The position numbers were made by a program, and so were the translations under genes. The notes under the pieces were generated by a model. The model was not told the origin of the DNA. It was given only the letters and a program-made list of their open reading frames with translations, and made no database searches. Shown one piece after another: positions 1 through 10,430 of a stretch of 64,000 nt of DNA (positions within the stretch are counted from its first letter, which is position 1; the number at the start of each line of letters is the position of its first letter). The DNA is from an uncultured Gemmatimonadales bacterium (GTDB lineage Bacteria; Gemmatimonadota; Gemmatimonadetes; Gemmatimonadales; GWC2-71-9). The stretch covers positions 800,001 to 864,000 of the forward strand of contig CAVUAK010000001.1 in the NCBI GenBank assembly GCA_963739455.1, in the 5' to 3' direction.

Positions 1-1187
1 CCGATATGCCGATGATCGCCCGGCACCAGCAGCACGACGCGGTCAGGCTGCTCAGTCCGTAGCGCGAGCCGCACTCGATGAAACGGCAGCAGTGCGGTCG
101 CTTCCGCCATGTACTCCCGGAGCGCCGTCGAGAAGTCCGGCACTGTGGCCAGGATCGTTGCCATCCGCCGAAGCTGCGTCGGGATCGCGTTGGACGACCC
201 GAGCTGAGCCCGGATGATCTTGAGCTGGCTGGTCTGCACCAGCGCCTCCACTCGGCTCGCGATCCAAGGCCCGAGGCGACCAAGCAGCTCCGCGTCGTAT
301 CCGTCGTACACCCCCACCGCGTCACCGCCCAGCAGCAGGTAGCCCACCAACCGCTCCGCGACGACGAGGCGCACACCAATCGCCGAGCGCACCGCGCCAT
401 TCCGGTCGCTCTCCGCCCAGCCGGTCCAGCCCGCTTCCATCAGCGCGTCGGCGAGCAGCACGCTGTCGCGCCCCGCGAATGCCGCCGGAGGGTCGAGCAG
501 GTCGCGCGGCACGATGAGCGAGCTGTCGCTCCACAAGCCACCCTCCTCGTGCGCGCTCAGCCTGTACACCTGCTCCGGTGACGCACCGGGCACGAAGATG
601 TCGAGCCGTTCGTGCGGAATCAGCCGGTCGAGTGCAGCACTCGCACCGCGCGCAAACCCGCGCGGCGTGTGCGCCAGTCGTGTTGCGGCAGCGAGCACAT
701 CGATGACGCCGATCTCCGGGTGCGGCTCGACGTCCGGCCGATCGGGATCGGCGAGCCGCCCGAGCGTTGGCGCGATGCGCCGCGCGACGGCACCCAGGCG
801 CTGCCGCGTCTCCGAATCGTGCATGTTGGGCGCAAAGGACGCGACGAGCAGCAGCCCCACATCATTCCGTTCAGTGCGACACGCGAAGCACGACACCGAC
901 CCGTAGCCCGCATCCCGGATCACCGACTCCAGAAGCGCCAGCTGCGGCGCGCCAATCCTCGGCGACGGCAGCGGCACCCGCAGTTCATCCTCGGCGAGCG
1001 CTGCCGGACCCACCAGCGCCGCACCCCCCGAGACCGGATAGTGCCAGATCGCGAGAAGGTCATGGGGAATCTCCACGCCGACCACGTTGCTGAGCGCCTC
1101 GTACCAGGTCGTCAGCACCGAGGTCTCGCGCAGCGATTCCTCCGGACCAGGCACCGGAATCACGAGTTCATTGAGGTTGGGTTGCAT
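1..1187 (-). CDS. GAF-like multi-domain hypothetical protein, runs off left edge
   Basis: Read manually: open frame from ATG 1187 (alternative in-frame ATG 1220), MQPNLNELVIPVPGPEESLRETSVLTTWYEALS..., with GAF-like segment RSAIGVRLVVAERLVGYLLLGG. No stop before base 1, so absent from the ORF track. Confidence 0.7.
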   Translation of the reverse strand, partial: MQPNLNELVIPVPGPEESLRETSVLTTWYEALSNVVGVEIPHDLLAIWHYPVSGGAALVGPAALAEDELRVPLPSPRIGAPQLALLESVIRDAGYGSVSCFACRTERNDVGLLLVASFAPNMHDSETRQRLGAVARRIAPTLGRLADPDRPDVEPHPEIGVIDVLAAATRLAHTPRGFARGASAALDRLIPHERLDIFVPGASPEQVYRLSAHEEGGLWSDSSLIVPRDLLDPPAAFAGRDSVLLADALMEAGWTGWAESDRNGAVRSAIGVRLVVAERLVGYLLLGGDAVGVYDGYDAELLGRLGPWIASRVEALVQTSQLKIIRAQLGSSNAIPTQLRRMATILATVPDFSTALREYMAEATALLPFHRVRLALRTEQPDRVVLLVPGDHRHI

Positions 1188-1317
1188 GCAACGGACAAGT
1201 GCACGACGTATGCCGACCATGGTAGCACACGCAAGCGCTTGTCTCGCAATATCTTAGCCAAGTACGCCCACCCAACATTCAGCCCCGCCCGGCTCCCCGT
1301 TGCCGCGTCTTGCGCCT

Positions 1318-1335
1318 TATACCCCCCACCCCTAT
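1318..1335. promoter_or_regulatory. Putative CsoR-family operator (C-tract with AT flanks)
   Basis: TATACCCCCCACCCCTAT about 30 nt upstream of copZ; resembles G/C-tract operators of the CsoR/RcnR family; csoR is in the same operon. Confidence 0.6.
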
Positions 1336-1367
1336 TTTACCATCCGTTGACCTTATCGGAGCTCCAC

Positions 1368-1577
1368 ATGACCCCGCTCGCACTCAGTATCAACGGCATG
1401 TCCTGCGGGCATTGCCTCAACGCTGTCCGTAACGCGCTGAGCGATACACCGGGCGTGACAGTCGAGTCGGTGCGCATTGGCCGAGCTGACGTGCAATACG
1501 ATCCGTCCATCACCACGCCCGACCAGATCGCCTCCGCCGTCACTGATGCCGGCTACGAAGCCGCCCATGTCGGATAG
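1368..1577 (+). CDS. copZ: Copper chaperone, HMA domain
   Basis: 69 aa, GMSCGHC motif, GGAG upstream. Confidence 0.9.
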   Translation: MTPLALSINGMSCGHCLNAVRNALSDTPGVTVESVRIGRADVQYDPSITTPDQIASAVTDAGYEAAHVG

Positions 1578-3870
1578 GCACGACCACCTCACGACTTCAC
1601 GTCCTCACGCCCTCACGTCCACACCTCCAGACGCAGGCGCTGCGCGCCTGCGTCTGGAGGTGACCGGAATGACCTGCGCCGCCTGCAGCAGCCGCATCCA
1701 GCGCGTGCTCGAGCATACCGCCGGCGTCAGCAGTGCCAACGTCAACCTCATGACCAATACCGCCGCCATCGAGTTCAATCCGGCGGTCACCGGCACAAGT
1801 CAGCTCATCACCGCCGTCGAGAAGGCCGGCTATGGCGCGCGCGTGCCTGTCGCGTCCCACGAGCATCACCATCCCGCAACGCATGATCACGCCGCCGGCA
1901 TCAAGCCCTGGGTCCCCCTCGGCCTCTTCGCCGTCGCGATGGTCATCTCCATGCACCTCGATGGCCCATCCGCATCGATCTGGCGCTGGACGCTGCTCGC
2001 GCTGACGCTCCCCGTCGTACTGATCCACGGTCGCCATTTCTACGTGCGCGCCTGGGCTGCCGCGAGGCACCGCGCGGCCGACATGAACACGCTCATTGCA
2101 CTCGGTACCGGCGCGGCCCTGCTCTTCAGCATCGCCACCACTGTCGCCGCGGGCTGGTTCGAGCAACACGGCATCGCCCCCGCCGTCTATTACGAAGCGG
2201 TCATCGGCATCATTGCGCTCGTCGTCACCGGACAGTGGTTGGAGGAACGCGCCAAGGGCCGCGCCTCGGCGGCGCTCGATCGCCTGCTCGCGCTGCGTCC
2301 CCAGACGGTGCGTGTGGTGCGCGCCGGCGGCGATGAGGAAATCGCCATCGCACAACTGGCCATGGGTGACGAATTCCGTGTGCGCCCCGGCGAATCCATT
2401 GCGGCCGACGGCGCCATCGTGGATGGTCAGGGCAGCATCGACGAATCGATGCTCACCGGCGAGCCACTCCCCGTCGAGCGGCACACTGGAGACGAGGTCG
2501 TGGGCGGCACCGTCAACCGCACCGGCGCCCTCCGCGTGCGCGCGACGCGCATCGGCGCCGACTCGGTACTGGCCCGCATCATCCGCCTGGTGCGCGAGGC
2601 GCAGGAGACGCGGGCACCCATCCAGCGCCTCGCTGATCGCGTTGCCGGCATCTTCGTGCCGGTGGTGGTGCTCATCGCCCTCGGTGCAGCTGCCGCCTGG
2701 TATTTCGCCGGTCCGGAGCCGCACCTCCTCAACGCACTCGTCGCCGCCGTCGCCGTCCTCATCATTGCCTGCCCCTGTGCCATGGGACTCGCGGTTCCCA
2801 CCGCCGTCATGGTTGGCACCGGGCGCGGCGCTGAACTCGGCATCCTGGTCCGCGGCGGTGAGGCCATCGAGCGCGGCGAGAAGATCGACCTGGTGCTGCT
2901 CGACAAGACCGGCACCATCACCGAGGGCCGCCCGCGCGTCACCGCGGTTGAGCTCACCCGCGGCTCTCCGGTGGACCGCGATACACTCCTCGTCCTCACC
3001 GCCGCCGTCGAGCAGGCCAGCGAGCACCCTCTGGCCGACGCAGTACTCTCCGCAGTGCCCACAGGCACTGTCCTGCCGCAGGTCGCAGGTCTCGATGTCT
3101 CCGTCGGTCGTGGTATCGCGGGCACGGTGAGCGGGCGCCGGGTGGCCGTAGGCAACGCTGACTTCATGCAGGCCATCGGCGTCGCCACCACCGAGCTCGA
3201 CACCGTCGCGTCGCAGCACGCGGCGCTCGCCGCCACACCGGTGTTCGTCTCGGTTGACGGAGCCCTTGCCGGCGTGCTTGCCATCGCAGACCCCGTCCGC
3301 GCTACCAGCGCCGAGGCGATCAGGGCACTCCGTGAGCGCGGGCTGCAGGTAGTGCTTCTCACTGGAGACCGGCGCGATACCGCCAACGCCGTCGCCCGTC
3401 AGGTCGGCATCGACGTGGTAGAGGCGCAGGTGTCGCCCGACCGGAAGCTGGATGTGGTGCGGAAGTACCAGGAACAGGGACGCCGCGTCGCAATGGTGGG
3501 AGACGGGCTCAACGATGCACCCGCACTCGCCCAGGCCGATCTCGGCGTCGCCATGGGTGCTGGCACCGATGTCGCCCTCGAGACGGCGAGCGTGACGCTG
3601 CTTCGCAACGACTTGCGCAGCGTCCCCCAGGCGCTGGCGCTGGTGAAGCAGACCATGCGCGTCATCCGCCAGAATCTTGGCTGGGCCTTCATCTACAACG
3701 TGATCTGCATTCCCGTCGCTGCGGGCGTTCTCTATCCGTTCCTCGGTCTTCGCCTCACGCCCACCATGGCCGCCGCCGCGATGGCGTTGAGCAGCGTCAG
3801 CGTCGTGGCCAACAGCCTCAGGCTGAAGCGGTTCCGCTCGAGTGACGATTCACTTACGACTCACGACTGA
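1567..3870 (+). CDS. copA: Cu(I)-translocating P1B-type ATPase
   Basis: GMTCAAC HMA domain, [23 protein letters not shown] and MALSS motifs. Confidence 0.95.
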   Translation: MSDRHDHLTTSRPHALTSTPPDAGAARLRLEVTGMTCAACSSRIQRVLEHTAGVSSANVNLMTNTAAIEFNPAVTGTSQLITAVEKAGYGARVPVASHEHHHPATHDHAAGIKPWVPLGLFAVAMVISMHLDGPSASIWRWTLLALTLPVVLIHGRHFYVRAWAAARHRAADMNTLIALGTGAALLFSIATTVAAGWFEQHGIAPAVYYEAVIGIIALVVTGQWLEERAKGRASAALDRLLALRPQTVRVVRAGGDEEIAIAQLAMGDEFRVRPGESIAADGAIVDGQGSIDESMLTGEPLPVERHTGDEVVGGTVNRTGALRVRATRIGADSVLARIIRLVREAQETRAPIQRLADRVAGIFVPVVVLIALGAAAAWYFAGPEPHLLNALVAAVAVLIIACPCAMGLAVPTAVMVGTGRGAELGILVRGGEAIERGEKIDLVLLDKTGTITEGRPRVTAVELTRGSPVDRDTLLVLTAAVEQASEHPLADAVLSAVPTGTVLPQVAGLDVSVGRGIAGTVSGRRVAVGNADFMQAIGVATTELDTVASQHAALAATPVFVSVDGALAGVLAIADPVRATSAEAIRALRERGLQVVLLTGDRRDTANAVARQVGIDVVEAQVSPDRKLDVVRKYQEQGRRVAMVGDGLNDAPALAQADLGVAMGAGTDVALETASVTLLRNDLRSVPQALALVKQTMRVIRQNLGWAFIYNVICIPVAAGVLYPFLGLRLTPTMAAAAMALSSVSVVANSLRLKRFRSSDDSLTTHD

Positions 3871-3876
3871 CGACTC

Positions 3877-4176
3877 ATGACTGAAAACCGCCACGCCGAT
3901 ATCACGCCCGAGACCAAGCAGGCAGTCCTCAATCGCCTCCGTCGTATCGAGGGACAGGTCCGTGGCCTGCAGCGCATGGTCGAGGAAGAGCGCTACTGCG
4001 CCGATGTGCTGACCCAGGTGCAGTCGGTACAGGAGGCGTTGCGGGGAGTCGGGCGTGAGATGCTGGACAACCACCTGCGGCATTGCACTACTGCGGCGTT
4101 GCGCTCGAACGATCCCGCCCGCGCCGAGGAGATCTATCAGGAACTCCTCGAACTCGCCTGGCGCTCCGCCCGCTAG
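3877..4176 (+). CDS. csoR: CsoR-family copper-sensing repressor
   Basis: RLRRIEGQVRGLQRM..YCADVLTQ..HLRHC (Cys-His-Cys ligands). Confidence 0.92.
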   Translation: MTENRHADITPETKQAVLNRLRRIEGQVRGLQRMVEEERYCADVLTQVQSVQEALRGVGREMLDNHLRHCTTAALRSNDPARAEEIYQELLELAWRSAR

Positions 4177-4201
4177 CACCAATCTCGATTCAAGGGCCCG
4201 C

Positions 4202-5743
4202 TCACCGCTCACCGCTCACACTGTTCGTGCGTTGGAACGCTGAGCCCGCCCGGAAGTCCACGCCCGTCCCCGCCGCCCCAAAGTACGTCCCCGCAGCATA
4301 GAGCAGTTCTACCTCTTCCACCGCTCCTCCCATTGGCATGCTCGCAACGAACTCGTCGCTCGGTCCATGGTACCGCGTAGCCAGGTACTCATGAAATGCC
4401 TTGCTCCCCTGCTGCCCATTCCCGATGGCGCCGGAGAGAATGAACGACGGCACACCCGCCATCAGCAGCGACCATGCATCCGAGCTCCGCACCACCATCT
4501 TCGCCAGCCCACCCGTCTCGAGCGTCCTCCCCTGCACTGCGACCAATCGCTCGAAGACTGAATCCGCATCAGTGAGCCCCGCACCGACGAACCCCGCCGA
4601 GTTACCGCGGTCGTAGAGCACGATCACGTCGAGGTTGAACTCGGCAACCGTTTGCGCCAGCGGCACCAGCGGCGTGCGCGTGTACTGTCGTGATCCCGCC
4701 AGTCCCATCTCCTCGGCAGTGGTCGCCAGGAACAGAATGCTGCGATCAGGGCGCGGTCCCGATGCAAAGGCACGGGCCAGCTCGATCATTCCCGCCGTCC
4801 CGCTCGCGTTGTCAATCGCCCCGTTGCAGATCTCGTCGGCTGCGCCGATGCGGCAGTGGCCGAAGCTGTCCCAGTGCGCCGTATACAGGATGTATTCACT
4901 TGGCTGGCGCGCGCCCTTGAGTACACCCGCCACGTTGTGGCTGGTGAACTCCGTGATTTCGGTACTGACCTTCGCGTCGGCACGCAGGGGCACCGCCAGG
5001 GCCTGAAACTCGGGCGCCGCCGCCTTCGCCTCGAGCTCGCTCAGCCGCATTCCAGCTGCCTCGAGCACGCCTGCCGCCGCGGATTCGCTGATGACCCCAT
5101 GCACGATCACGGCCGGATCCGACGCCAGCGTCGTCACCCCGCTCTCGAAGGCCGCCTTCCGTTGCGTGAAGGCATTGTCCGCCACGACGACAAGCGCGCC
5201 GCGGGCTCCCGCCGTCGCCAGTATCGCGAGTCGCGTCACCCCGTCGGTGGCCTGCGGCTGCGGCGTACCCGGCGGGTCGCTGTCGCGATACAGCACCAGC
5301 GCACCTTCCATCCCCGTCCTCCCCGCCTTCCCCGCCTTCCCCGCCCTCAAATACCCTCCCCACACGACCGGAACATTGTTCAGCTGGACCGACGGACCTT
5401 TTCCCACCAGCGCCACGGCATCGCTAAGGTCCGTCGTCACCCCCGTCGACCCGCGAACCACCAGGCTCGCCCGCTGCATCCGCCGAGTGACCAGCTTCAC
5501 CGGCTGGAGCCACGCATTCCCGGCTCCAGGCGCCAGGCCAACCTCGGTGAATCGGCTGATGATGAAATCGGTGGTGGTCCGCTCGCTCGGCGTGCCGGGC
5601 TTCCGGCCGGCGAACGAGTCGGAGGAAAGCACCTGCATGTCCGTCCGTATCCGATCACCGGAGATGTCCGGCGCTGATTGGGCACGCGCGGACGCGCTGG
5701 CCGCGAGTGACACGCTCGCCGCCAGGGCCGCGACCCGGCTCAT
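4202..5743 (-). CDS. Secreted M28-family metallopeptidase with PA-like insert
   Basis: Signal peptide MSRVAALAAS; AHWD, NGAIDNASG, AEEMGL, NLD, YHGPSD motifs. Confidence 0.88.
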   Translation of the reverse strand: MSRVAALAASVSLAASASARAQSAPDISGDRIRTDMQVLSSDSFAGRKPGTPSERTTTDFIISRFTEVGLAPGAGNAWLQPVKLVTRRMQRASLVVRGSTGVTTDLSDAVALVGKGPSVQLNNVPVVWGGYLRAGKAGKAGRTGMEGALVLYRDSDPPGTPQPQATDGVTRLAILATAGARGALVVVADNAFTQRKAAFESGVTTLASDPAVIVHGVISESAAAGVLEAAGMRLSELEAKAAAPEFQALAVPLRADAKVSTEITEFTSHNVAGVLKGARQPSEYILYTAHWDSFGHCRIGAADEICNGAIDNASGTAGMIELARAFASGPRPDRSILFLATTAEEMGLAGSRQYTRTPLVPLAQTVAEFNLDVIVLYDRGNSAGFVGAGLTDADSVFERLVAVQGRTLETGGLAKMVVRSSDAWSLLMAGVPSFILSGAIGNGQQGSKAFHEYLATRYHGPSDEFVASMPMGGAVEEVELLYAAGTYFGAAGTGVDFRAGSAFQRTNSVSGER

Positions 5744-5788
5744 CGAGTGCAGTTGCGCTCTCACGACCAGAAGATAGGCTTGTGTACC

Positions 5789-7018
5789 ATGACCCTCGAT
5801 CGCCGTACATTTCTCTCTGCCGCCACGTCCCTCGCGGCCACTGCCGCCCTTGGGCCCACCAGCCCGACTCCACCAACGCAACCCACAAGCTTTGGCCCCG
5901 ACGACCCGCTCGGCGTGCGCGGTGACTTTCCCATCACTGCCAGCCGCACTTATCTCAACACCGCGTACATCGCGCCCATCCCGAAGCAGGTGCTCGCAGC
6001 GGGCCAGGACTTCATGGAGATGCGCGCCCGCCAGCCGCTCAGCGTCGGTGACCTCCTCCGCAAGGTCGGCGCAACGCGCACCAGCTTTGCCCGCCTCATC
6101 AATGCCTCGCCCGATGAGGTTGGTCTCCTGTACACCACCACGGAAGGCGAGAACATCGTCGCCGGCTCCATCGCGTGGGTACCCGGCGACAACGTGGTCA
6201 TCGACGACCTGCACTACGAAGCCGCCTTCGTGCTCTATCGCCAGCTCGAGGCCCGACACGGCATCGAGCTTCGCATTGCCCGGAACCGCGATGGCGTCGT
6301 TGAGGCGAAGGACATGGCGCCGCTCATTGACGCGCGCACCAGGCTCGTGTCGGTGGCCTGGGTCTCGCCCGTGAATGGCTACCGCCATGACATGCGGTCC
6401 ATCGCCGACCTCGCTCATGCTCATGGTGCATTGCTCTACGCCGATGCCATTCAGGCCATCGGCATGTTCCCCATCGATGTCGAGGCATCTGGCGTCGACG
6501 CGCTCTGCTGCGGCACGTACAAGTGGCTCGTTGCCGGATTCGGCGTGGCGCCCTTCTACGTACGGCGCTCGGTACTCGACCGCATCCAGCCCGATCGCGT
6601 TGGTGCCTTCAGCGTCGAGCGCGAATTGCCCGACCAGCATTTCGAGTTGAGGACGAAGACCGCCGGAAAGTTCACCTACGCCACGCTCCCCTTCGCCGAG
6701 GTCTATCAGCTCGCTGCGGCATTGGACTACCTGGAGAAGGTCGGCGTCCCCCGCATTGAGCTACACACCGTAGCGCTTGCCCAGCGCCTGCAGGAAGGGC
6801 TCCTGGCTCAGGGCTACCGCCTCTTCACCCCACCGGAGACGAAGACCTCGATCGTCACGTTTCGTCTTTCGAGGGATCCCGCTGAGCTGGGTGCCGCACT
6901 CGCCGCCGCGCGCATCGACGTCACCGTGAGGGAGCACGAGGTGCGTGTTTCGGCCGCACTATTCAACACCGAGGACGATATCGATGGTTTTCTTGCCGTG
7001 ACACGGGGCCGCACCTAG
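5789..7018 (+). CDS. Class V PLP-dependent aminotransferase with twin-arginine signal
   Basis: MTLDRRTFLS; YLNTA, DAIQAIG, CGTYKW PLP-lysine motif. Confidence 0.85.
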   Translation: MTLDRRTFLSAATSLAATAALGPTSPTPPTQPTSFGPDDPLGVRGDFPITASRTYLNTAYIAPIPKQVLAAGQDFMEMRARQPLSVGDLLRKVGATRTSFARLINASPDEVGLLYTTTEGENIVAGSIAWVPGDNVVIDDLHYEAAFVLYRQLEARHGIELRIARNRDGVVEAKDMAPLIDARTRLVSVAWVSPVNGYRHDMRSIADLAHAHGALLYADAIQAIGMFPIDVEASGVDALCCGTYKWLVAGFGVAPFYVRRSVLDRIQPDRVGAFSVERELPDQHFELRTKTAGKFTYATLPFAEVYQLAAALDYLEKVGVPRIELHTVALAQRLQEGLLAQGYRLFTPPETKTSIVTFRLSRDPAELGAALAAARIDVTVREHEVRVSAALFNTEDDIDGFLAVTRGRT

Positions 7019-7072
7019 CCTCCTCACCCCTCACGCAGTCGCAGTTCCTCCTTACGCTGTTTGAGTCCCTCC

Positions 7073-8602
7073 TCACGCAGTTTGTTGCTGCATCCTCAGC
7101 CCGTCTCCAACAACAGACCTCGCCGCAAAAAGCACGAGCACCCCTCCCACCATCGCCACGATCGGCAGCAGGAACATTGCGTACTCCAGGCCGAACCGGT
7201 CCGACAGCGCCCCTACCAGCGGAAACGCGATGGCATCTCCCGCCAGGTGAATGAAGAAGAGGTACGCGCCCACCACCGTCCCACCGATCGCGGGCGGCAC
7301 CACGTCGAAGATCGTGGCACTCAACGGACCGTTGTACCACGTCAGGAAGAAGAACGCCGCGCAGAACACGGGAATGAACACCTCGATGTCCCGGATGGTC
7401 AGCAGCCAGATCGCGAGCGGTGCTCCAACCAGGAACCCCGCCCCCGCCACCAGCGGGCGCGCCGAGGGAAACCGCTTCCGAAGTGCGTCAGCGATGGCGC
7501 CCCCCGCCAGCGTTCCGGCGATCCCGAAGATCAAGCCGTACTTCCCGAGCAGCAGTGTCACCGCCCCCACCGAGAGGCCCAGTTCCCGGGACATGAAGCT
7601 CGGAGCCCAACCGATGATCCCGTTCATGCCGAATGAGATGAGCGCCCCACCGGCAAACACATAGAGCAGCGTCGGGGTTCGCAGTACCGTCCGCGCCGCA
7701 TCGGCAAGCCCCACCGAAGCCGTGGTGAACGCCGCATCCTCATCGCTGCCGTCCGGCGTGTCGCTCCCGCCGGCGCGACGCACCCAGCGGCGCACATCCA
7801 GCGCAAGGCCGATCGCCGCCAGCGTGCCCAGCGCTGCCGCATCGGCCGAGGTGTCCTTCCCCAGCGTGATGTGAAATCCGAGCGCCGCCACCGAACCAGC
7901 CGCGAGACCGAGCAGGAGGTAGCGGAAGCTCGACCCGAGTGCAGCACCACCCGCGCGCAGCTCCTTTATCGTGGCGCCGAAGGACAGCAGTCCCCCCGCT
8001 CGCGCCGGGTCGATCAGTCGCGCCGCCAGCGCGCCGATGACGAACCCCGGCAACCCCAGCGTCAGGAACGCCACTCGCCAGCCGTAGGCCACACCCAATT
8101 GCCCGGCGATCAGGATGCCGAGTACTCCGCCCAGTGGAATGCCTGCCATGAACACGCCCATCGCAAGCGCTCGCCGCGGTCCCTCGAAGTAGGTCGCCAC
8201 CAGCGATGTCGATGCCGCGCCCGCCGCGGCACCACCGAGTCCTACTCCTGCGCGCGTCAGCAACAGCGGGAGGAATCCGCGCACCAGCCCGCCCGCGCTC
8301 GTGCAGATGCTCCAGAGACCCACGCCCGCCGCGATGACCGCCGGCCGCGAGCGCATGTCGCTCAGCACCCCCAGCGGCAGCGACGCAATCGAGAACACGA
8401 GGACGTAGGCGGAAGCGAGCCACCCCAGGTGCGCGTCCGTCAGCGACAGGTCGCGCTTGAGTGGCTCGAAGAGCGCAAAGATGGCATTGCGCTCGACGTA
8501 GTTGAGGAGGTTGATGACGGTGAGCAACCCCAGGGCCCACGCCTGCCCACTGCCGACTGACTGACGACTGCCAACTGACGACTGCCCACTCAGCGCCGCC
8601 AC
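7073..8602 (-). CDS. Spinster-like MFS transporter
   Basis: LTVINLLNYVER start, GVLSD..SR loop, multiple TM helices. Confidence 0.85.
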   Translation of the reverse strand: MAALSGQSSVGSRQSVGSGQAWALGLLTVINLLNYVERNAIFALFEPLKRDLSLTDAHLGWLASAYVLVFSIASLPLGVLSDMRSRPAVIAAGVGLWSICTSAGGLVRGFLPLLLTRAGVGLGGAAAGAASTSLVATYFEGPRRALAMGVFMAGIPLGGVLGILIAGQLGVAYGWRVAFLTLGLPGFVIGALAARLIDPARAGGLLSFGATIKELRAGGAALGSSFRYLLLGLAAGSVAALGFHITLGKDTSADAAALGTLAAIGLALDVRRWVRRAGGSDTPDGSDEDAAFTTASVGLADAARTVLRTPTLLYVFAGGALISFGMNGIIGWAPSFMSRELGLSVGAVTLLLGKYGLIFGIAGTLAGGAIADALRKRFPSARPLVAGAGFLVGAPLAIWLLTIRDIEVFIPVFCAAFFFLTWYNGPLSATIFDVVPPAIGGTVVGAYLFFIHLAGDAIAFPLVGALSDRFGLEYAMFLLPIVAMVGGVLVLFAARSVVGDGLRMQQQTA

Positions 8603-9619
8603 TCAGTCTCCCAGCACGTACGCAAACACCAGCGGCGCCACGATCGTCGCATCACTCTGGATCATGAACTTGGGCGTGTCCACGTCCAGCTTGCCCCACG
8701 TGATCTTCTCGTTCGGCACTGCACCCGAATACCCGCCATAGCTCGTCGACGCATCCGAGATCTGCGCGAAGTACCCCCAGAACGGTACGTCCTCCATCTG
8801 GAGATCCTGCACCATCGCCGGCACCGCACAGATCGCGAAGTCACCCGCGATCCCGCCGCCCACCTGGAAGAACCCGACGCTCGGCTTGTCCAGCACCGCG
8901 TCCCCGCCCTTCGCCTTCTTCTTGGCGACGTTGTACCCGCTCGCATCCAGGTACCAGCGCATCAGGTGCTCCATCTGCTCCGTGCCGCTCTTCACGCACT
9001 GATGATGCTTCACCTCGCCCCGGAACACCGCCGCCGCGAACATGTTGCCCGTCGTCGAGTCTTCCCAGCCCGGGGAATACACCGGGATGCCCTTTTCCCA
9101 CGCCGCCAGCAGCCACGAGTTCGCCGCCGGGATCTGGTAGTGCTCCTCCATCGCGCCGTTGGCGAAGATGTCCTGCAGGTACTCCGCCTCGAACTTCCGC
9201 TCCCCGGTGTCGGCCGCCTTCTTCCACCGGTCGATCAGCTTCCGCTCCAGGTTCCGCATCACCGACTCCGGGATCGCCGTGTCGGTTACCCGGTTGAATC
9301 CCGCCTCGTACAGCTCCTTCTCATCCTCCACCGAGAGCGCGCGGTAGTCCTCGATGATCTTGTAGTCGTTGTACGCGAGGAGGTTGAACAGGTCTTCCTC
9401 GAGATTGGCGCCGGTACAGCAGATCCCGTGCACCATGTCCGCCCGGATCATCCGGGCCAGGATCTGCCCCAGCTTCGCCGTGCTCATGGCACCCGCCAGG
9501 GTCACCAGCATCTTCCCGCCCGCCTTGATGTGATTCTCGTAGCCGCGCGACGCGGCCACCGTCTCGCGGGCGTTGAAATGGAGGAAGTGCTGGTCGAGAA
9601 AAGTCCGAACGCTCGTCAT
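8603..9619 (-). CDS. Deoxyhypusine synthase-like protein (putative homospermidine synthase)
   Basis: LAGAMST, CTGANLEED, GGGIAGD, YGGYSGAVPNEKITWGK, SDATIVAP. Confidence 0.88.
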   Translation of the reverse strand: MTSVRTFLDQHFLHFNARETVAASRGYENHIKAGGKMLVTLAGAMSTAKLGQILARMIRADMVHGICCTGANLEEDLFNLLAYNDYKIIEDYRALSVEDEKELYEAGFNRVTDTAIPESVMRNLERKLIDRWKKAADTGERKFEAEYLQDIFANGAMEEHYQIPAANSWLLAAWEKGIPVYSPGWEDSTTGNMFAAAVFRGEVKHHQCVKSGTEQMEHLMRWYLDASGYNVAKKKAKGGDAVLDKPSVGFFQVGGGIAGDFAICAVPAMVQDLQMEDVPFWGYFAQISDASTSYGGYSGAVPNEKITWGKLDVDTPKFMIQSDATIVAPLVFAYVLGD

Positions 9620-9680
9620 TTGCTTGGAATCCCGTTTGTCTGTCGTATTACTTCCCCGCCCTCCCCGCCCTCCCCGCCCT

Positions 9681-10430
9681 CTACGCCCTTCGCGCCCTCG
9701 CATCCAGCACGATCTTCACCGCTTCCTTCGGATCATCCGTCACATGAAACAGGTTGAGGTCCGTCGCACTGATGTTGCCGGCGGTCACGGCGGTGTTCTT
9801 CAGCCAGTCCACCATCCCCTGCCAGTAGCTCTTGCCGAACAGGATGACGGGGAAGTTGCTCACCTTCCCCGTCTGGATCAGCGTCAGTGCCTCGAACAGC
9901 TCGTCCAGTGTGCCGTACCCGCCCGGGAAAACGATGAAGGCCGTCGAGTACTTCACGAACATCGTCTTCCGCACGAAGAAGAACTTGAAGTAGAGCGCCC
10001 GGTTCGCGAACGCGTTGCCGCGTTGCTCGAATGGCAACTCGATGTTGCAGCCGATGGAGAGCCCTCCCCCCTCCGCCGCACCCTTGTTGCCCGCCTCCAT
10101 GATCCCCGGACCCCCGCCCGTGATCACCGGGATGTGTTGCTCCGCCAGCAGGCGGCTCGTCTCCCGCGTCAGCTCGTAGTACGGCGTCCCTTCCTTGGTG
10201 CGCGCCGACCCGAAGATCGTCACCCCGCCCTGCACGTCAGCCAGGTTGTCGAACCCCCAGATGAACTCTCCCATGATCCGCAGTACCCGCCACGAATCGC
10301 TGACCTGCACCGCCTGTTCCCGCTCCTGGGGCGTCGGGACATGATGCAACAGCTGTTCGTCTTCGGTACCGAGCGGCGTCGCGGAGTTGAGCCGGAATGG
10401 CATCGGGGTGGGGATCGGGCCTTGGGTCAT
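9681..10430 (-). CDS. LOG-family (TIGR00730) nucleotide phosphoribohydrolase
   Basis: FGSAR, TGGGPGIMEAGN, RK, PGGYGTLDE. Confidence 0.92.
   Translation of the reverse strand: MTQGPIPTPMPFRLNSATPLGTEDEQLLHHVPTPQEREQAVQVSDSWRVLRIMGEFIWGFDNLADVQGGVTIFGSARTKEGTPYYELTRETSRLLAEQHIPVITGGGPGIMEAGNKGAAEGGGLSIGCNIELPFEQRGNAFANRALYFKFFFVRKTMFVKYSTAFIVFPGGYGTLDELFEALTLIQTGKVSNFPVILFGKSYWQGMVDWLKNTAVTAGNISATDLNLFHVTDDPKEAVKIVLDARARRA

Noticed and set aside
4202..6640. 812-aa ORF as a single protein
   Set aside because: The N-terminal part is the antisense shadow of the aminotransferase; the real M28 gene starts at 5743 with a signal peptide.
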